A DNA stretch of 62,197 nucleotides, filler included, from Jimgerdemannia flammicorona (taxonomy: Eukaryota), in assembly GCA_003990765.1 (NCBI GenBank). It is 3 parts of 3 records of this genome, joined end to end, with 100 filler letters (N's around TTAATTAATTAA, not from the genome) between each part and the next. Parts side by side here need not be neighbours in the genome. Positions count along the whole stretch, not along the records: positions 1 to 20,667 come from RBNJ01001621.1; 2 more parts are not named here. One strand, 5' to 3'. The stretch's first letter is position 1, and each line of letters begins with the position of its first letter. Below the pieces are notes generated by a model. That model was not told the origin of the DNA and made no database searches. It worked only from the letters and a program-made list of their open reading frames with translations. This document shows, piece by piece, positions 1-12,611 of this stretch. Both the position numbers and the translations under genes were made by a program.

Positions 1-584
1 GGTTCGGTTTGTTGGCTTCCTACGGCAATGCGGTTGCTGCCAATAGCATTGGCTACTTCAGATTCTATCCAGTCAGCATCTTCGGTTGATAGGCGGGAGA
101 GGCTACCAGCTGTTACTCCTTGCAAGTATGCTATAGCCCAGGGAATATGGCGGAAGATTTGATGGACACGGAGGGCTCTCTTGATTAGCCGGCTGGTGGT
201 TAACATTTCGGCAATGAGGTCTTCCTGGTCACCTTCTTGAGTCTCATTGCGAAGGCAGTGTCCAATTTCGTAGTCATGCTAGAGGGTCATTCGTTCGGTA
301 GTGTCTTTGAGCTGTTGGGTCATTATATACCAGTAGTTGATGAAGTGTCCAAGGTCTTCAGTGTAGAAGTTCAAGTGTTCGGAAGTATCTGGGTGCCAGA
401 TGGCCTTCTTGATAGCTTCAAAGATCAGGGTCTTTGGGCCAGGCAAAGGGGTAGAGCAGCGGGAGGTCTGGTTGGTTCGGCGAATAGGAGGCATTGTGTG
501 GTGGGTACTTGGTTCTTTGGTGCTGATCCTTGAGGCAGAGTAGGGTTCCTTAAATAACGTGGTCTTCATTTTGGCTCGGGTCAT
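1..584 (-). pseudogene. Accessory ORF of unknown function inside the putative LTR; one in-frame TAG at 279-281
   Basis: The frame continues past the TAG: ...IFEAIKKAIWHP...MTL*HDYEIGHCLRNE...KRALRVHQIFRHIPWAIAYLQGVTAGSLSRLSTEDADWI... It resembles the ORFs at 39462-40559 and 12146-12607. Confidence 0.6.
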
Positions 585-710
585 CTTGTCTTCTTTTGGT
601 GAAATCACTTGACGGATTGGGCTGGTCACCAGTTATCGCACCATAATGTCATCTGATCTTGTGGTCACAGGGTACTCCGAATTTGGATAGGGTCAATTGT
701 AGACGTCACA
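1..710 (-). mobile_element. Start of a putative LTR (begins TGTGACG on minus strand) of an LTR retrotransposon inserted into a copia integrase; truncated by contig start
   Basis: Minus strand starts TGTGAC at 710. Composition switches abruptly from CpG-containing (1-710) to CpG-free copia integrase sequence (711 onward). Confidence 0.6.
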
Positions 711-2292
711 CTATATATTTCAACATACTCTGAGAAGAGGTACTTCATTATCTTTATTGATAATTATACTCACAAAGTCATATATACTTCCTTATAGTAA
801 AGAATGAGATATTTAAGAAATTTCAAAAATTTAAAACAACTGTAAAGAATAAAATAGAATATAAGATACAGATTCTATACTCAGATAATGATAAGAAATA
901 TGTCAACAATACTTCAGAGCCTTCTTAAAGAAGTATAGTATCTAACATATATAATAGCTCTCTATACATCTAAACAAAATAGTATAGTAGAATACTTTAA
1001 TCAAATAGTAGTAGAGATGGCTCAAATGATGATGAATATAGCTAGCTTACTATACTCCTTCTGGGCTAAAGCAGTGAATGCAGCAGCATATACCTAAAAT
1101 CATTATGTTTCTTAAGCTCTAAGCAAGAAATTTAGTAATAATTTGTAATTTAGAAATAATAGTGATCTTACTTCTAAAGAATTGTAGAATAGATCTAAGC
1201 CAGATATCTCATACTTACAGATATTCAGAAGTAAGGCTTATATCTTAAATAAGGGTAATAATAGAGGCAAATTTGAGTTTAAGACAGATAAGTATATATT
1301 TCTTAAATATGACAGAGTAGTATATAGATTATAGAATCTGTAGAAATATTATATTATCATCTTATAATATTTGGTTTAAAAAGTTCAAAAAATAGGAAAT
1401 TTGTATAGAAATTTCTATCTCAACCAACCTAATGATATAGTCAGTAATATCTATACTAACTTCAAAGATAAGTAAAATAGTACTTATATATATCAGTACT
1501 AGTATAACTTATATATATACTAATGAGGTTATCAGAGCTAAGAATTATAGAAATTACAGTCAAAGATAATGATAAGGATACCTTTCTGAAAGGTAAGAAA
1601 AAAATATAAATCTAGAATATAAAATAAAGTTAAAGCAGATTTAGGAGATTATTAAGATCAGCCAAAGACATCCTATTATAGATATTATGTAAACTATATC
1701 TATGAGTATACTTATATAGTAATAATCAATAAGCCAGTAAACTATAATGAAGCTATATACTTAGATGATAAAAAAGAGTAGAAAAAGACTATAAACAAGA
1801 AATATAATTTACTTATCAAGAATAATATATAAGATCTAATCTCTCTTCAAATGAATTAATAAGTAATAGAATCTCACTAGATATATAAAATTAAACATAA
1901 TAGTAATAATAATATAGAGTAGTATAAGGTCTGATTTGTAGTAAAGGAGTACTCACAAGGATATAGTATAAACTATAATGAGATATTTTCTCCAATATTC
2001 AAGCTTACTTTACTTAGAATACTTCTTGTGATTAGAGCTAAATATAATAATAAAATCTACCAAATAGATATTAAGATAGTCTTCTTAAATAGTGACATAG
2101 ATATAGAGCTATATAACTATTAATCAAAAGAATATAATCTATATAATGATGAGCAAAATGAGCTTATATATAAATTATATAAAGGTCTCTATAGTATCAA
2201 ATAAGCAGTAACACTGTAGAACTAAAAAATCAACAAATATCTCTTAGACAACAGATTTAAGTATTTCAAGGCTAATATATATTTATATATAT
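711..2292 (+). mobile_element. Degenerate Ty1/copia pol fragment (integrase to start of RT)
   Basis: Eroded motifs RYFIIFID, FWAKAVNAAAY, YKVxFVVKEYSQ, IFSPIFKL, QIDIKIVFLN and LYKGLYSIK, in copia order IN then RT. Confidence 0.85.
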
Positions 2293-3897
2293 TATAATAG
2301 TGACCTCACAATAGTGACATCATTACAAGAGACAGTCTTTCCTTATAAGTTACCAGATTGAAGTATGAAGATCATATAGCATAACTTATCCAGGCTATAA
2401 GATGAGTAATGATGACTAACCATAAGTCATCATGACTATAAGATAGACATCTCAAAGAATATAAAAGAAGGACTAAGGAACTGCAGCAGTAGCAACTCAA
2501 ACAAAACTCACAAAATTCCAAAATAGTTCGAAGACTCACTATAAATAAAATACCTACCACCCACCAAACCTCAAGGTCTAGGAACCACTAAGGCTTCTTA
2601 GTTTAAAAAAGAATATTCTAAGATATCAGGAGAGCCATGAGAATCTATACTAGAAGGACTCCTAGCCTCAACCTGGGTATTGGTGACCCTTATCACTTTA
2701 TTCTCAACTGCTATGAAATAGAAACAAGGATCACCATTGCTACTGAATACCTCTGAATGTGGCAGAAATATGAAATAGGAAATTTTCTTTACCAGGAATT
2801 CCCTCAGACCAGTCTCTAAGAGATATAAGATACTACTTCTATAGATACATACATATGAATTGAGAGTAGTCAAAAAGATCCATCAGGTCTTCAGATATAT
2901 ATCTTGGTCAATTCCCAACTTAGAGTATATTAGAGTCTCAGACTTCAAGAAATTGTCAGCCTGCTATATAGACCATAGTGGCCACAGAAGTCTACTCTAC
3001 TATCACCCTCAAAAGTGATGAGGTAGAAGAGTTCTGAAATTCCATTCTCAAGGACAATCCTGATCAATTTCTATAAAATTAATCTCAGTATTCTAAGGCT
3101 CTAGTATCTAGATTAGACCCTCTCAAGATCTCACCTTTGTCTTCTACTTTATAGAGGAGAGTCTCATAGATTGGAGAGCCCCTAATCTCCTTACTTCCAC
3201 TGCCTCTGAATGTGATGATGTCATCAGCAATGATGTCACTGACAATGATATCATCTCACTAACTGATAATATGTATAATATATGCAAAATATATAAAACA
3301 AGTAAAATGGATAAAATATTCACTTATCTCATTTTCTTTGAAGACATTCTATTTCTGATCTCTAGTCTTGATAATAGTGATGAAGATGAAGTCTCCAGAA
3401 TCCTGAACATTCTGCTCTGAGTTCTTTGTGTAACTGTTGAAATTCTTCTGGTATTCTGATCTTATATAATCAATTGTACAAATACTTGAATTTGTACTTA
3501 CAACCAAAGTTTTCTATATTCAAGTATCTCATTTATTTGGTTATTGGAATTTATATTTAGTTTTATAATTTAGTAATCATTGAATTATATTTTATATAAA
3601 TACCTCTCTTATTTCTTTTGAAATAAAGTTAGTAGTTAGTAGTAAAGTATTAAAAACACTTAAGCATTCAAGTGCCTAACTACTCAAGAAGTATAGAAGT
3701 TCTAGTCCTCTACTCAATTCTAAGTAAGTGAATCTAAGAGACAACAGAATAGTTTAAAGATAAGAAGTTTGAGGACTATAAGACCTTAGAAAGGTACTCT
3801 AATAAAACTTGCTTATAAGAAATTAGTAGTTGGTCTAAGAGATATACCTTAAAGAGAATCTGATATACTTGGAGAACTTAGTACCCACTATATAATA
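2293..3897 (+). repeat. 5' LTR of gypsy element 1
   Basis: Aligns over its length with 9584-11233. Termini TATAAT...TAATA look like G>A/C>T-eroded TG...CA; followed by the PBS. Confidence 0.88.
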
Positions 3898-4017
3898 ACT
3901 TGGTGTCTATTAACTAGTGATACCATTAGGATTCTTTACTTTCAAGCTAAAAAATGAATAACTACCACAATAACTACTCTGATTACCAGAGTTACCCCTG
4001 TAATAATTCAAGACAAG

Positions 4018-7000
4018 ATGGAAATATGTCCCCCTACATTTTATAGATTTACCACTGAAGAGTCAATCCTGACCTTCATTGAAGACTTTGAACAATTTGC
4101 TACCATACAAGCCCTTACTGTGAAAGTACAATTGACTCTTCTACTAGTTAGCCTCAGAGGACCTGCTAGAGATAAGCTCAATATAACTACTATTGCTGAT
4201 ACTGGTGTAGCCAAACATACCAATATGAAGAACTTCCTCACAATTATATACTATACTGAAGAGATCAAGCAAGCTCTCAAAGATCAACTCAATACTATCT
4301 GCCAGTGACTCAGTAAAGATCCTAACTCATTCTATATCTGAATCTGCTACCAGATTGTCTTGGCTGGTTATGATGACTACCTCAAAGAACAAATAGCTGA
4401 TTCAATCTTTCTAAAAGGAATCTACTATGAAATTGCCCTAGCAATCTAGTCTATCCTAGCTACTCTAACTCTTGATCAGAAAGTGATCTTTGTATAGAGA
4501 TATTGGACTACCAGATACTTTGCTGAACTCTTGATGGAAAGAATAACTAGTATCAAGATAGAGTCATCAAAGCTAATCAGTATCAAACTCACTACAGCCA
4601 TTAATAGACAACTATCCCCACCTACCTCCAAGATGACCAAAACTGACTTAGTGAAGAAACTCACTTGGCAGTTTGCCAAGATAACTGGATATCTTGGATA
4701 TTGTTAGAGAAGTACAAAGTGCCAACAGGAGATCAGTGTAGAATTTTGTAGCTACTACATAGAAATACATTATCATATGCTTCAAATGTAGAGAAAAAGG
4801 CCACTATATAAAGAATTTCATAACTAAAACAAGGCATAGAGTTCAACTAAGTGATACTATCAGAATTAGAGAAGTAGTCATCAAGGAGATTGGTAACACT
4901 GATGATGATGAATACTATGAGAAGTCTGAATTCTACCCCTATTACTAAAGCTACCAGAACTCAGTCCAAGCTTTATGACAAGAAGAGCAACAGAAAGCCA
5001 GTTAGAAGATCAAAAAAGACCTCAACTATTATCATTCAAAGTAAGACCCAATCTGGATAGATTGATCAAGATATAGAGTTAGAAGAAACTGCCAACTAAA
5101 TTATTAAAAGCACTACTCCAGTCTTAGGAGAAAGTGAAAATAAGAAAGAACAGAGCTGAGCAAGACTAAGATCTACTAGTATAATATCTACAAAGATCTC
5201 AAGAAATAGAAGATTAATGCTACTTTTGAACAACTAGTAGAAGTCTCTGTCTTCAGACAATAGTTGAGAGTAGAACTTATAATCACTATCAAGAACTAAG
5301 AGTACAAGATCATAGAAGCTTACAATACTCAGAAAAATAAATAAGACTCAGGTGAAGAATCTGAAGATTAGCACAAGACCTCAGCCTATACTCAATATCA
5401 GATTAAAGATTATATCTTTGATACTATCATCAATATTAGTACTGGAGAATACCTCATAAGTAAGAAGACAATTGACTACCTAGGCTGGGACATTATAGAG
5501 TCTATTAAAATAGTCTATATTATAGCAGATAGTATATAAGCTACTCCTCTAGGCAAGATCCAAGAAGTCTTCATCAAGATTAGAGGAGCCATCATCTCAG
5601 TAGATATGATTATTATAAGTATCACTAACTATGACATCCTCATTGGTAACTAATGGCTTCATAAGGTCAAGGCTATTATTGACCTCAATGTCTAGAAGAT
5701 ATAGATCAACTATAAAGAAAGAAAGGTATGAGTCTCTACCAATATCTACAAAGAGTACTACCAGACATGGAGAAAGGAGATAAAGAGAATATAGAAGTCT
5801 TTATATACTTGGTATATAAGAACAAGAACAAGAATAAGAGTAAGATAATTAAGCTTACAGATAAGTAGTAGTATATATAACAAGATTATTGATGACTATG
5901 TCCCTCAAGGAAGATACTTTCATAGTGCTAGATATACTGCTCCAAACACCTGAATGACTACTGGTCCTGTATCAGTGAAGTCAGAAAAATCCATCAATAA
6001 AGGCATGAGTAAGAAGCTGCTAAAGCAAAAAAGAAAGCCAAAGAAGATGACCAGTTTCCAGAGCTTCAAGCTGATAGTGATGATGAGGAGAAACAAGAAC
6101 TAGACATCACTCCCAAGGTTAAGAAGTTTTATCATAAAGCTAAGATCCCAGAATACAAGACTGAAGGAGCCATAGAAATAGACCTTGCTAGTATATAAGA
6201 TACTATTCTCAAACCATAGATCACTATCCTACTTGATACTGAAATTAGAGTCAAGTTATCAGAAAACTATGCTGGAATCATCAAGACTAGAAGTAGTCTG
6301 ACCAAGAGCAAAATCTCAGTTAAAAGAGGAGTCATTAATCCTGATTACACTGGTGAGATCTTCCTTATAGTTAGGAATCACAACTCCATCACTCCATTCA
6401 AAGTCAAGAAGTATAACAGGATTAACCAGATGCTGATTTATGAAGTCAAGAAGCCTAAGATCACTGAAGCCATCAAACTCATCAAGACTAAAAGAGGAGA
6501 ACAAGGCTTTGGATCTATCAGAAGAGGAGCCTATACTGCTACTAAGGTTACCAAACTTGAGTACAAGAAAGACAAGGACCAGAATAAGCATATATATACT
6601 ATTGAAAAAAACTTTTCACTAGAAGAACAACTTCTCAAGATCTTGTACTAGAATGAAGGAATACTCACCACAGACTTTAGAGACATCTACAATTAAGAAC
6701 TCAAATACTACCATAAAGTTGACACTAGTAATATGTACTAAGCCCATCTACCAGAAAGCCAGACCCATACCACTTATCTATAGAGAATGGCTGTGAGCAG
6801 AACTCAAGGAAATAGAAGAAGCTGGTATCATCAAGTAAGCTATCAGCCCCAGACTTCACCTATTGTCCTTACCCTAAAGAAAGAAAGCAAGTCTGGAGAG
6901 TTTGCTCCAAGACTCTGTATTGATTACAGAAAGCTCAATATAATCACCAAGAAGGTTAGGCAGCTCTTACCAAATATTCAAGAAATCCTTACTACTCTTA

Positions 7001-9240
7001 AAAGTAAAGCCAAATACTATACTACTTTGGATCTATTCTCATGCTTTCATCAGATTAGTCTCACTTAAGATGTCAGTGAGAAATCAGCCTTCATCATACC
7101 TGATACCACCTATGTCTACTTGTGAATGCCATTTGGAATGTACAATACCCTAGTAAGTTTTTAGCAAATGATGAATAGAGTCTTTAGCAATGAAATTAGA
7201 AAATGACTCTTTATCTATATTGATAATGTCATCATCTTCAGTAATACTATATGGGAATATATCAGCTATATATAGCTAGCCTTCAAGAAGCTCAAGGAGT
7301 ATGACCTCTATATCAAGCTCAAGAAGTATAAGTTTGTAGCTCAAGAAATCACCTACCTAGGACACATTATCAACTAGACTGGAATTCACACAGACCCCAT
7401 AAAGATTGAGGCTGTCACAGTCTATCCAAGACCCTGAACAACTATAGAAGTCTATGTCTTCTTTGGACTAACCTTCTACTATAGAAGATTCATCAAAGGA
7501 TACTCTAATATTACAGCACCTATCTATAAACTACTGAAGAAGGAGATCAAATTTGAATGGACTAAAGAATGTCAAGAAATCTTCAACAAACTCAAGACCA
7601 GATTGACCCAAGTATCCATCCTCAGAAGACTAGATTGGAACCTAGAGTTTATCTTACAGATAGATATAAGTACTATAGGATTTAGAGCCATACTAGCTCA
7701 GAAGAAAGATGGTATAAATATGTTATCTCCTATATAAGCTGAGGTATCTGTGGAGCAGAACAGAACTACAAGTCATGCAAGCTTAAATACTTAGCAGTAG
7801 TCTGGACAGTAGATAAGTTTCACTACTATCTAGCTAAACAATACTTCACCATTCAAACAGACCATTTCACTCTTACCTGACTATTCCATACTCTGAACCC
7901 CCCAAAAATATATATTAGATAGATCTACAGACTGTAAAAATATAACTATACTGTCAAACACTGCTCAGGAAGAACCAATGCTAATGCTGATGTACTTTTA
8001 AGAACATCTCTGAATACTTTTATCAAGACTATTCAATATGAATAAGGAGCTATACTATAAATTAATCAGCTATCTTGGGCAGTAGAAGATGCTCAACCAT
8101 CTTGAACCCTGGATCATTACCATCATCAACCAGACTTGGAAACAATTAAACTAGACAACACCATACTTAGAAAAAGAAGAAAGCTTGTCATACTTGAACA
8201 CAAGAAGTATCATATAATGAAAGAAGTATATGAACAAATAATTAGGAGAAATCAATATATATGATAAGGTAAGAAGAATCATATAGTGGTCTAAGATGGA
8301 AGAAGACCTGTGCCAATTTATCAAAGGGTGTGATAAGTACTAAAAACAGAAATAAGATCAGCAAGACCAGATACCTGAGTCATCAAGAATTAAGCCCATC
8401 TCCTTCTACTATATTGTAATAGATATCATTGAAACACTACCAGTAACTCTATCAGAAAACTGCTATATTATAGTTATTGTAGATCTTTTTACCAAATAAA
8501 TAAAAGCAGGAATATTACAAGAAGCCAATAATCTCTCTATTACTGACTTTCTGAACTGAGAAATCATCTGCTGCTATAAGATATCAAGGCAAATCACTAC
8601 AGATCATGATACAGAATTTGTCAATAGATTCTCTAAGATAATATATCAGAAATATAATATTCAGTATATAAAGACTACTATATATTACCCTTAAGAAAAT
8701 TGACAGACAGAAAGAACCAATAAGACCCTCAAGAACATTCTGGCCAAGACCTCAGATATATATGAGAATTGGAATAACTACCTCCCAACCACTCTCTCTA
8801 TCTTATGAGATATATGATCATAGAGTACACACTTTATCCCAAAAGAACTGCTCTTCAGAGAAGAAGATTCTGATAGAATCTCAGCTATAAATCTAGACCT
8901 AACTTAGTGATAGATTGACTCAGAAATCCAGAGACTACATCAAATTAGAAAGAAGGCAGAAGATTATATTATCAAGTCACAAGTACTAATAAGGAAGAAT
9001 GTAGAAAAGAATCACAAGACCCTAGAACTCATTCAAATTAGAGAAAAGGTTTTACTATATTGAAATATAGTAGAAACCTCATGATCATGAAAACTAGAGC
9101 TCAAATGGGAAGAACTCTTCTATATGTAAGATAATAAGAGAACTATCTTCTGGCTTAAAAAACTCTCAGAGACTATACTCTACCATAGTATACAGAAACA
9201 TACTTAAGAAGTACTATAAACCTATATAAGAGAAGTAAAA
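4018..9240 (+). pseudogene. gag-pol of gypsy element 1 (many stops and frameshifts), including a dUTPase domain at ~6120-6525
   Basis: dUTPase motifs EIDL, TRSSL, GVINPDYTGEI, NQML and RGEQGFGS; RT, RNase H and integrase remnants follow. Confidence 0.9.
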
Positions 9241-9583
9241 TATAATGACTACCTATAAGGTTCTAGTCTATGAATTATAACAGTATATTCTATAACTAGC
9301 AGACAATCTGTCTGGACTATTCTCTAAGGGATACAGTACTAGCAACTACTCATCTATGAGACTTTTGAAGTTAGAGGAGTTTGAACTGTCAACTAATTAA
9401 CCAAGATCAGAATCAGGCTCTTGCTCTATATGAAGAGAGTGATCCTTCACTATCATACCAAAATATATAAGAAAGATACTAGCCTATAAATACCTTCTGG
9501 CAGAGATTATAGGATCAGAAAAATTTTCAAACTAGATCAATGAATAAGAATGTTTAAGAAAAGATCATTATTTAGGAAGAAGA

Positions 9584-11233
9584 TATAATAGTGACCTTAG
9601 AATAGTGATATCATTATAAGAGACAGCCTTTTCTTATAAGTCACTAGATCAGAGTATAAGAAGATCATATAGTATAACTCACCCAGGCTATAAGATGAGT
9701 AATAATGACAAATTATAAGTCATCATGACTATAAGATTGACATTCTAAGAAATATAAAAGAAAGACTAAGGAATCACAGCAGTAGCAACTCAAACAAGAC
9801 TTACAAAATTCCAAAATAGTTTAAAGACTCATTATAAACAAAATGTCTACCACTCACCAAATCTTAAGGTCCAGAAACTATCAAAGCTTCTCAGTTCAAA
9901 AAAGGATATGATATTCCAAGATATCAGAAGAGCCATGAGGATCTATACTAGAAGGACTCTTTAGCCTCAACCTGAGTACTAGTAACCCTTATCACTTTAT
10001 TCTCAACTACTATGAAATGGAAACAAGGATCACTATCACTATTGAATGCCTCTAGATATGGCAGAAATATAAAATGAGAAATCTCTTTATTAGGAATTCT
10101 CTTAGACCAGTTCCTAAGAGATATAAAATACTATCTCTATAAATATATATTAATTGAGAGTAACCAAAAAAGATCTATCAGATCTTCAGACATATATCTT
10201 AGTCAATCCCCAACTTGGAGTATACATATCAGAGTCTCAGACTTAAAGAAATTATCAGCCTATCATATAGATATACTGGAGGCTACAGTGACCACAGAAG
10301 CCCAATCCACTATTACTCTCAAAAGTGATGAGATAGAAGAGTTCTGGAATCCCATTCTCAAGGATAATCCTGATCAATTTCTATGAGAATTAATCTTAGT
10401 ATTCTAAGACTCCAGTATTCAGGTTAGACTCTCTCAAGATTCTACCTTTATTCTCTACTTTATAAAGAAGAATTTCATAGATTGGAGAGCCTCTGATCTC
10501 CTTGCTCTCACTGCTCCTAAATGTAATAACATTATCAGCAATAATGTCACTGATAATGACATCATTCTACTAACTGATGACATGCATGATATATATATAT
10601 ATGTAAAATATATAAAATATATGAAATATATAAAATATGTGAAATAGATAAAATATTTGCTAATCTCATTTTCTTTGAAAACATCTTGTCTCTAATCTCA
10701 AGCCTTGATAATAGTAATGAAGATAAAGTCCCCAGAATCTTAAACATTCTGCTCTAAGTTCTTTATACAACTGTTGAAATTCTTCTGGCATTCTGATCTT
10801 ATATAACCAATTATATAGATACTCAAATTTGTACTTACAACTGAAGTTTTCTATATTCAAATATCTCATTTATTTGGTTATTGGAATTTATATTTAGTTT
10901 TATAACTTAGTAATTATTGAATTATATTTTGTATAAATACCTCTCTCATTTCTTTTAAAATAAAGTCAGTAGTCAGTAGTAAAGTATTAAAAACACTCAA
11001 GTATTCAAGTGTCCAACTACTCAAGAAGTATAGAAGTTCTAGTTCTCTACTCAATTCCAAGCAAGCAAATCCAGAAGATAATAAAACAGTTTAAAGATAA
11101 GAAGTTTGAGAACGATAAGACCTTGGGAAGGTACTCCAATAGAACTTACTTATAAGAAACTAGTAGTTGGTCTAAGAATACACCTTGAAGAGAATCTGAT
11201 ATATTTGAAGAACTTAGTACCCAATATATAATA
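9584..11233 (+). repeat. 3' LTR of gypsy element 1
   Basis: Direct repeat of 2293-3897, preceded by a polypurine tract. Confidence 0.88.
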
Positions 11234-11645
11234 ATATATATCTGATATATATCCTTAGAAATAGTATACCTCCGAATTTAGATTAATAATATATATTATT
11301 CTAGTTAGGATGGTAAGTAATATTAATGATATAAAGATAATACTATACTAGAAATTCAAGATGACAGATATAGGTAATGTATTTTATCTTCTTGGAATAT
11401 TAATTATATATAACAGATATAAATATACTACATATATATCTATTACAAACTATATATATTTAGACTATACTTAAATAATTTGGTATAAATAAATGCAATC
11501 CTATTAGAACTTTTATAGAGATATCTGTAAAGCTAAAAAAGTTCAATATTATACCCAAAGATAACAATATCTCCTATTAGCAAGCTGTGAGACCTCTTAT
11601 ATATATATCTTATACTTAAGATGAGACTTAATATATTATATATAG
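11234..11645 (+). mobile_element. Continuation of the copia RT interrupted by gypsy elements 1 and 2
   Basis: Motifs EFKMTDIG, YLLGIL, FGINKCNPIRT and QAVRPLIY resume the copia RT broken at 2292. Confidence 0.8.
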
Positions 11646-12145
11646 TATAACATAGCAGACACTTACTCTTGAAAGTATGTCAGATTTCTGTATCTTGAAA
11701 ACTTGACTGTTCTGACTCTCGCAGAGTCTCTTGAGTTGCAGGAGAGGGTGGGTAAGTTTGAAGTATATCTGCCCACAGGCTTACTAGTTCCTTTGCTATC
11801 TCTTTACTTTGAACTATTTCGATCTGAGGTTTATTCACTCTAAGATACTGGGTTATTTATATAATTTTTGCTAACTATAAGATAGCTCATCTCGCAAGTG
11901 TTGAATCTTTTAACATCTGCTAAGATTTCACTAATTGTGAAGATTCTAACATCTCCTAAATCTTTGCAAACATTAAAGTTTCTGCACTTTGTGGAATGTG
12001 GCTGCTATTTATGAGGCTAAGCTATATTGGAAATTGGATTCAGGTATCATGATCAAATGTCTAATTCCTCTGTTTCATATTATTAATTCAGATCAGCTGT
12101 CACATCTTCCTCCTGAATAGGTGATTTATCTTGGGAGCATCCTAT

Positions 12146-12607
12146 TCACTCGAATTTCCAGGCTTCTATGATTTGTATTTCCTTATACTGTATGATTTGT
12201 ATCATTATGTCCTTCCAATGTTGTCTCTTGATATATCCAAAGTCTCCTGGAGTTACTCCTTGGAAATGGGCTAAGGCTGGCTTATCATCTTTGAATAACT
12301 TGTGTACTCTTTTTGCAATTGTGATCTGAGTGTAGGAGAGCTGACATTCTCTGATCCAGTCTTCTTTTCCCATCTTCAGTCTTGAATTCAGTAGCTGTCT
12401 CAACTTGAAGTATTTCTGGAACTCAGTTCAGTTCTGGTATGTCTTAAAATATGAGATTCATGATAAGTGTGTTTGCACTGTACTCTGGATACTGTCAAAG
12501 GATTCTTTCATTGTTGGTGGCTTGGTGGAATACCACTGTCTTTCGATGGCTTGCTGGGCTGCACTAGTAATTCTGAGGGCAGCAGTATTACTTCATTGAC
12601 TAGTCAT
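12146..12607 (-). pseudogene. Accessory ORF3 (~153 aa) between integrase and PPT of gypsy element 2
   Basis: ATG at 12607 opens a 154-codon frame broken only by TGA codons (probably CGA>TGA): ...FQKYFKLRQLL...IAKRVHKLFKDDKPALAHFQGVTPGDF... Confidence 0.65.
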
Positions 12608-12611
12608 GATA

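Larger units (their letters stand above)
2293..11233 (+). mobile_element. Full-length but degenerate Ty3/gypsy LTR retrotransposon (gag-PR-dUTPase-RT-RH-IN) with ~1.6-kb LTRs, inserted in copia RT
   Basis: Direct repeats 2293-3897 and 9584-11233. PBS TGGTG at 3901, PPT AGGAAGAAGA before 9584. Motifs PRLCIDYRKLN, LDLFSCFHQI, YIDNV and ERTNKTLK. Confidence 0.93.
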
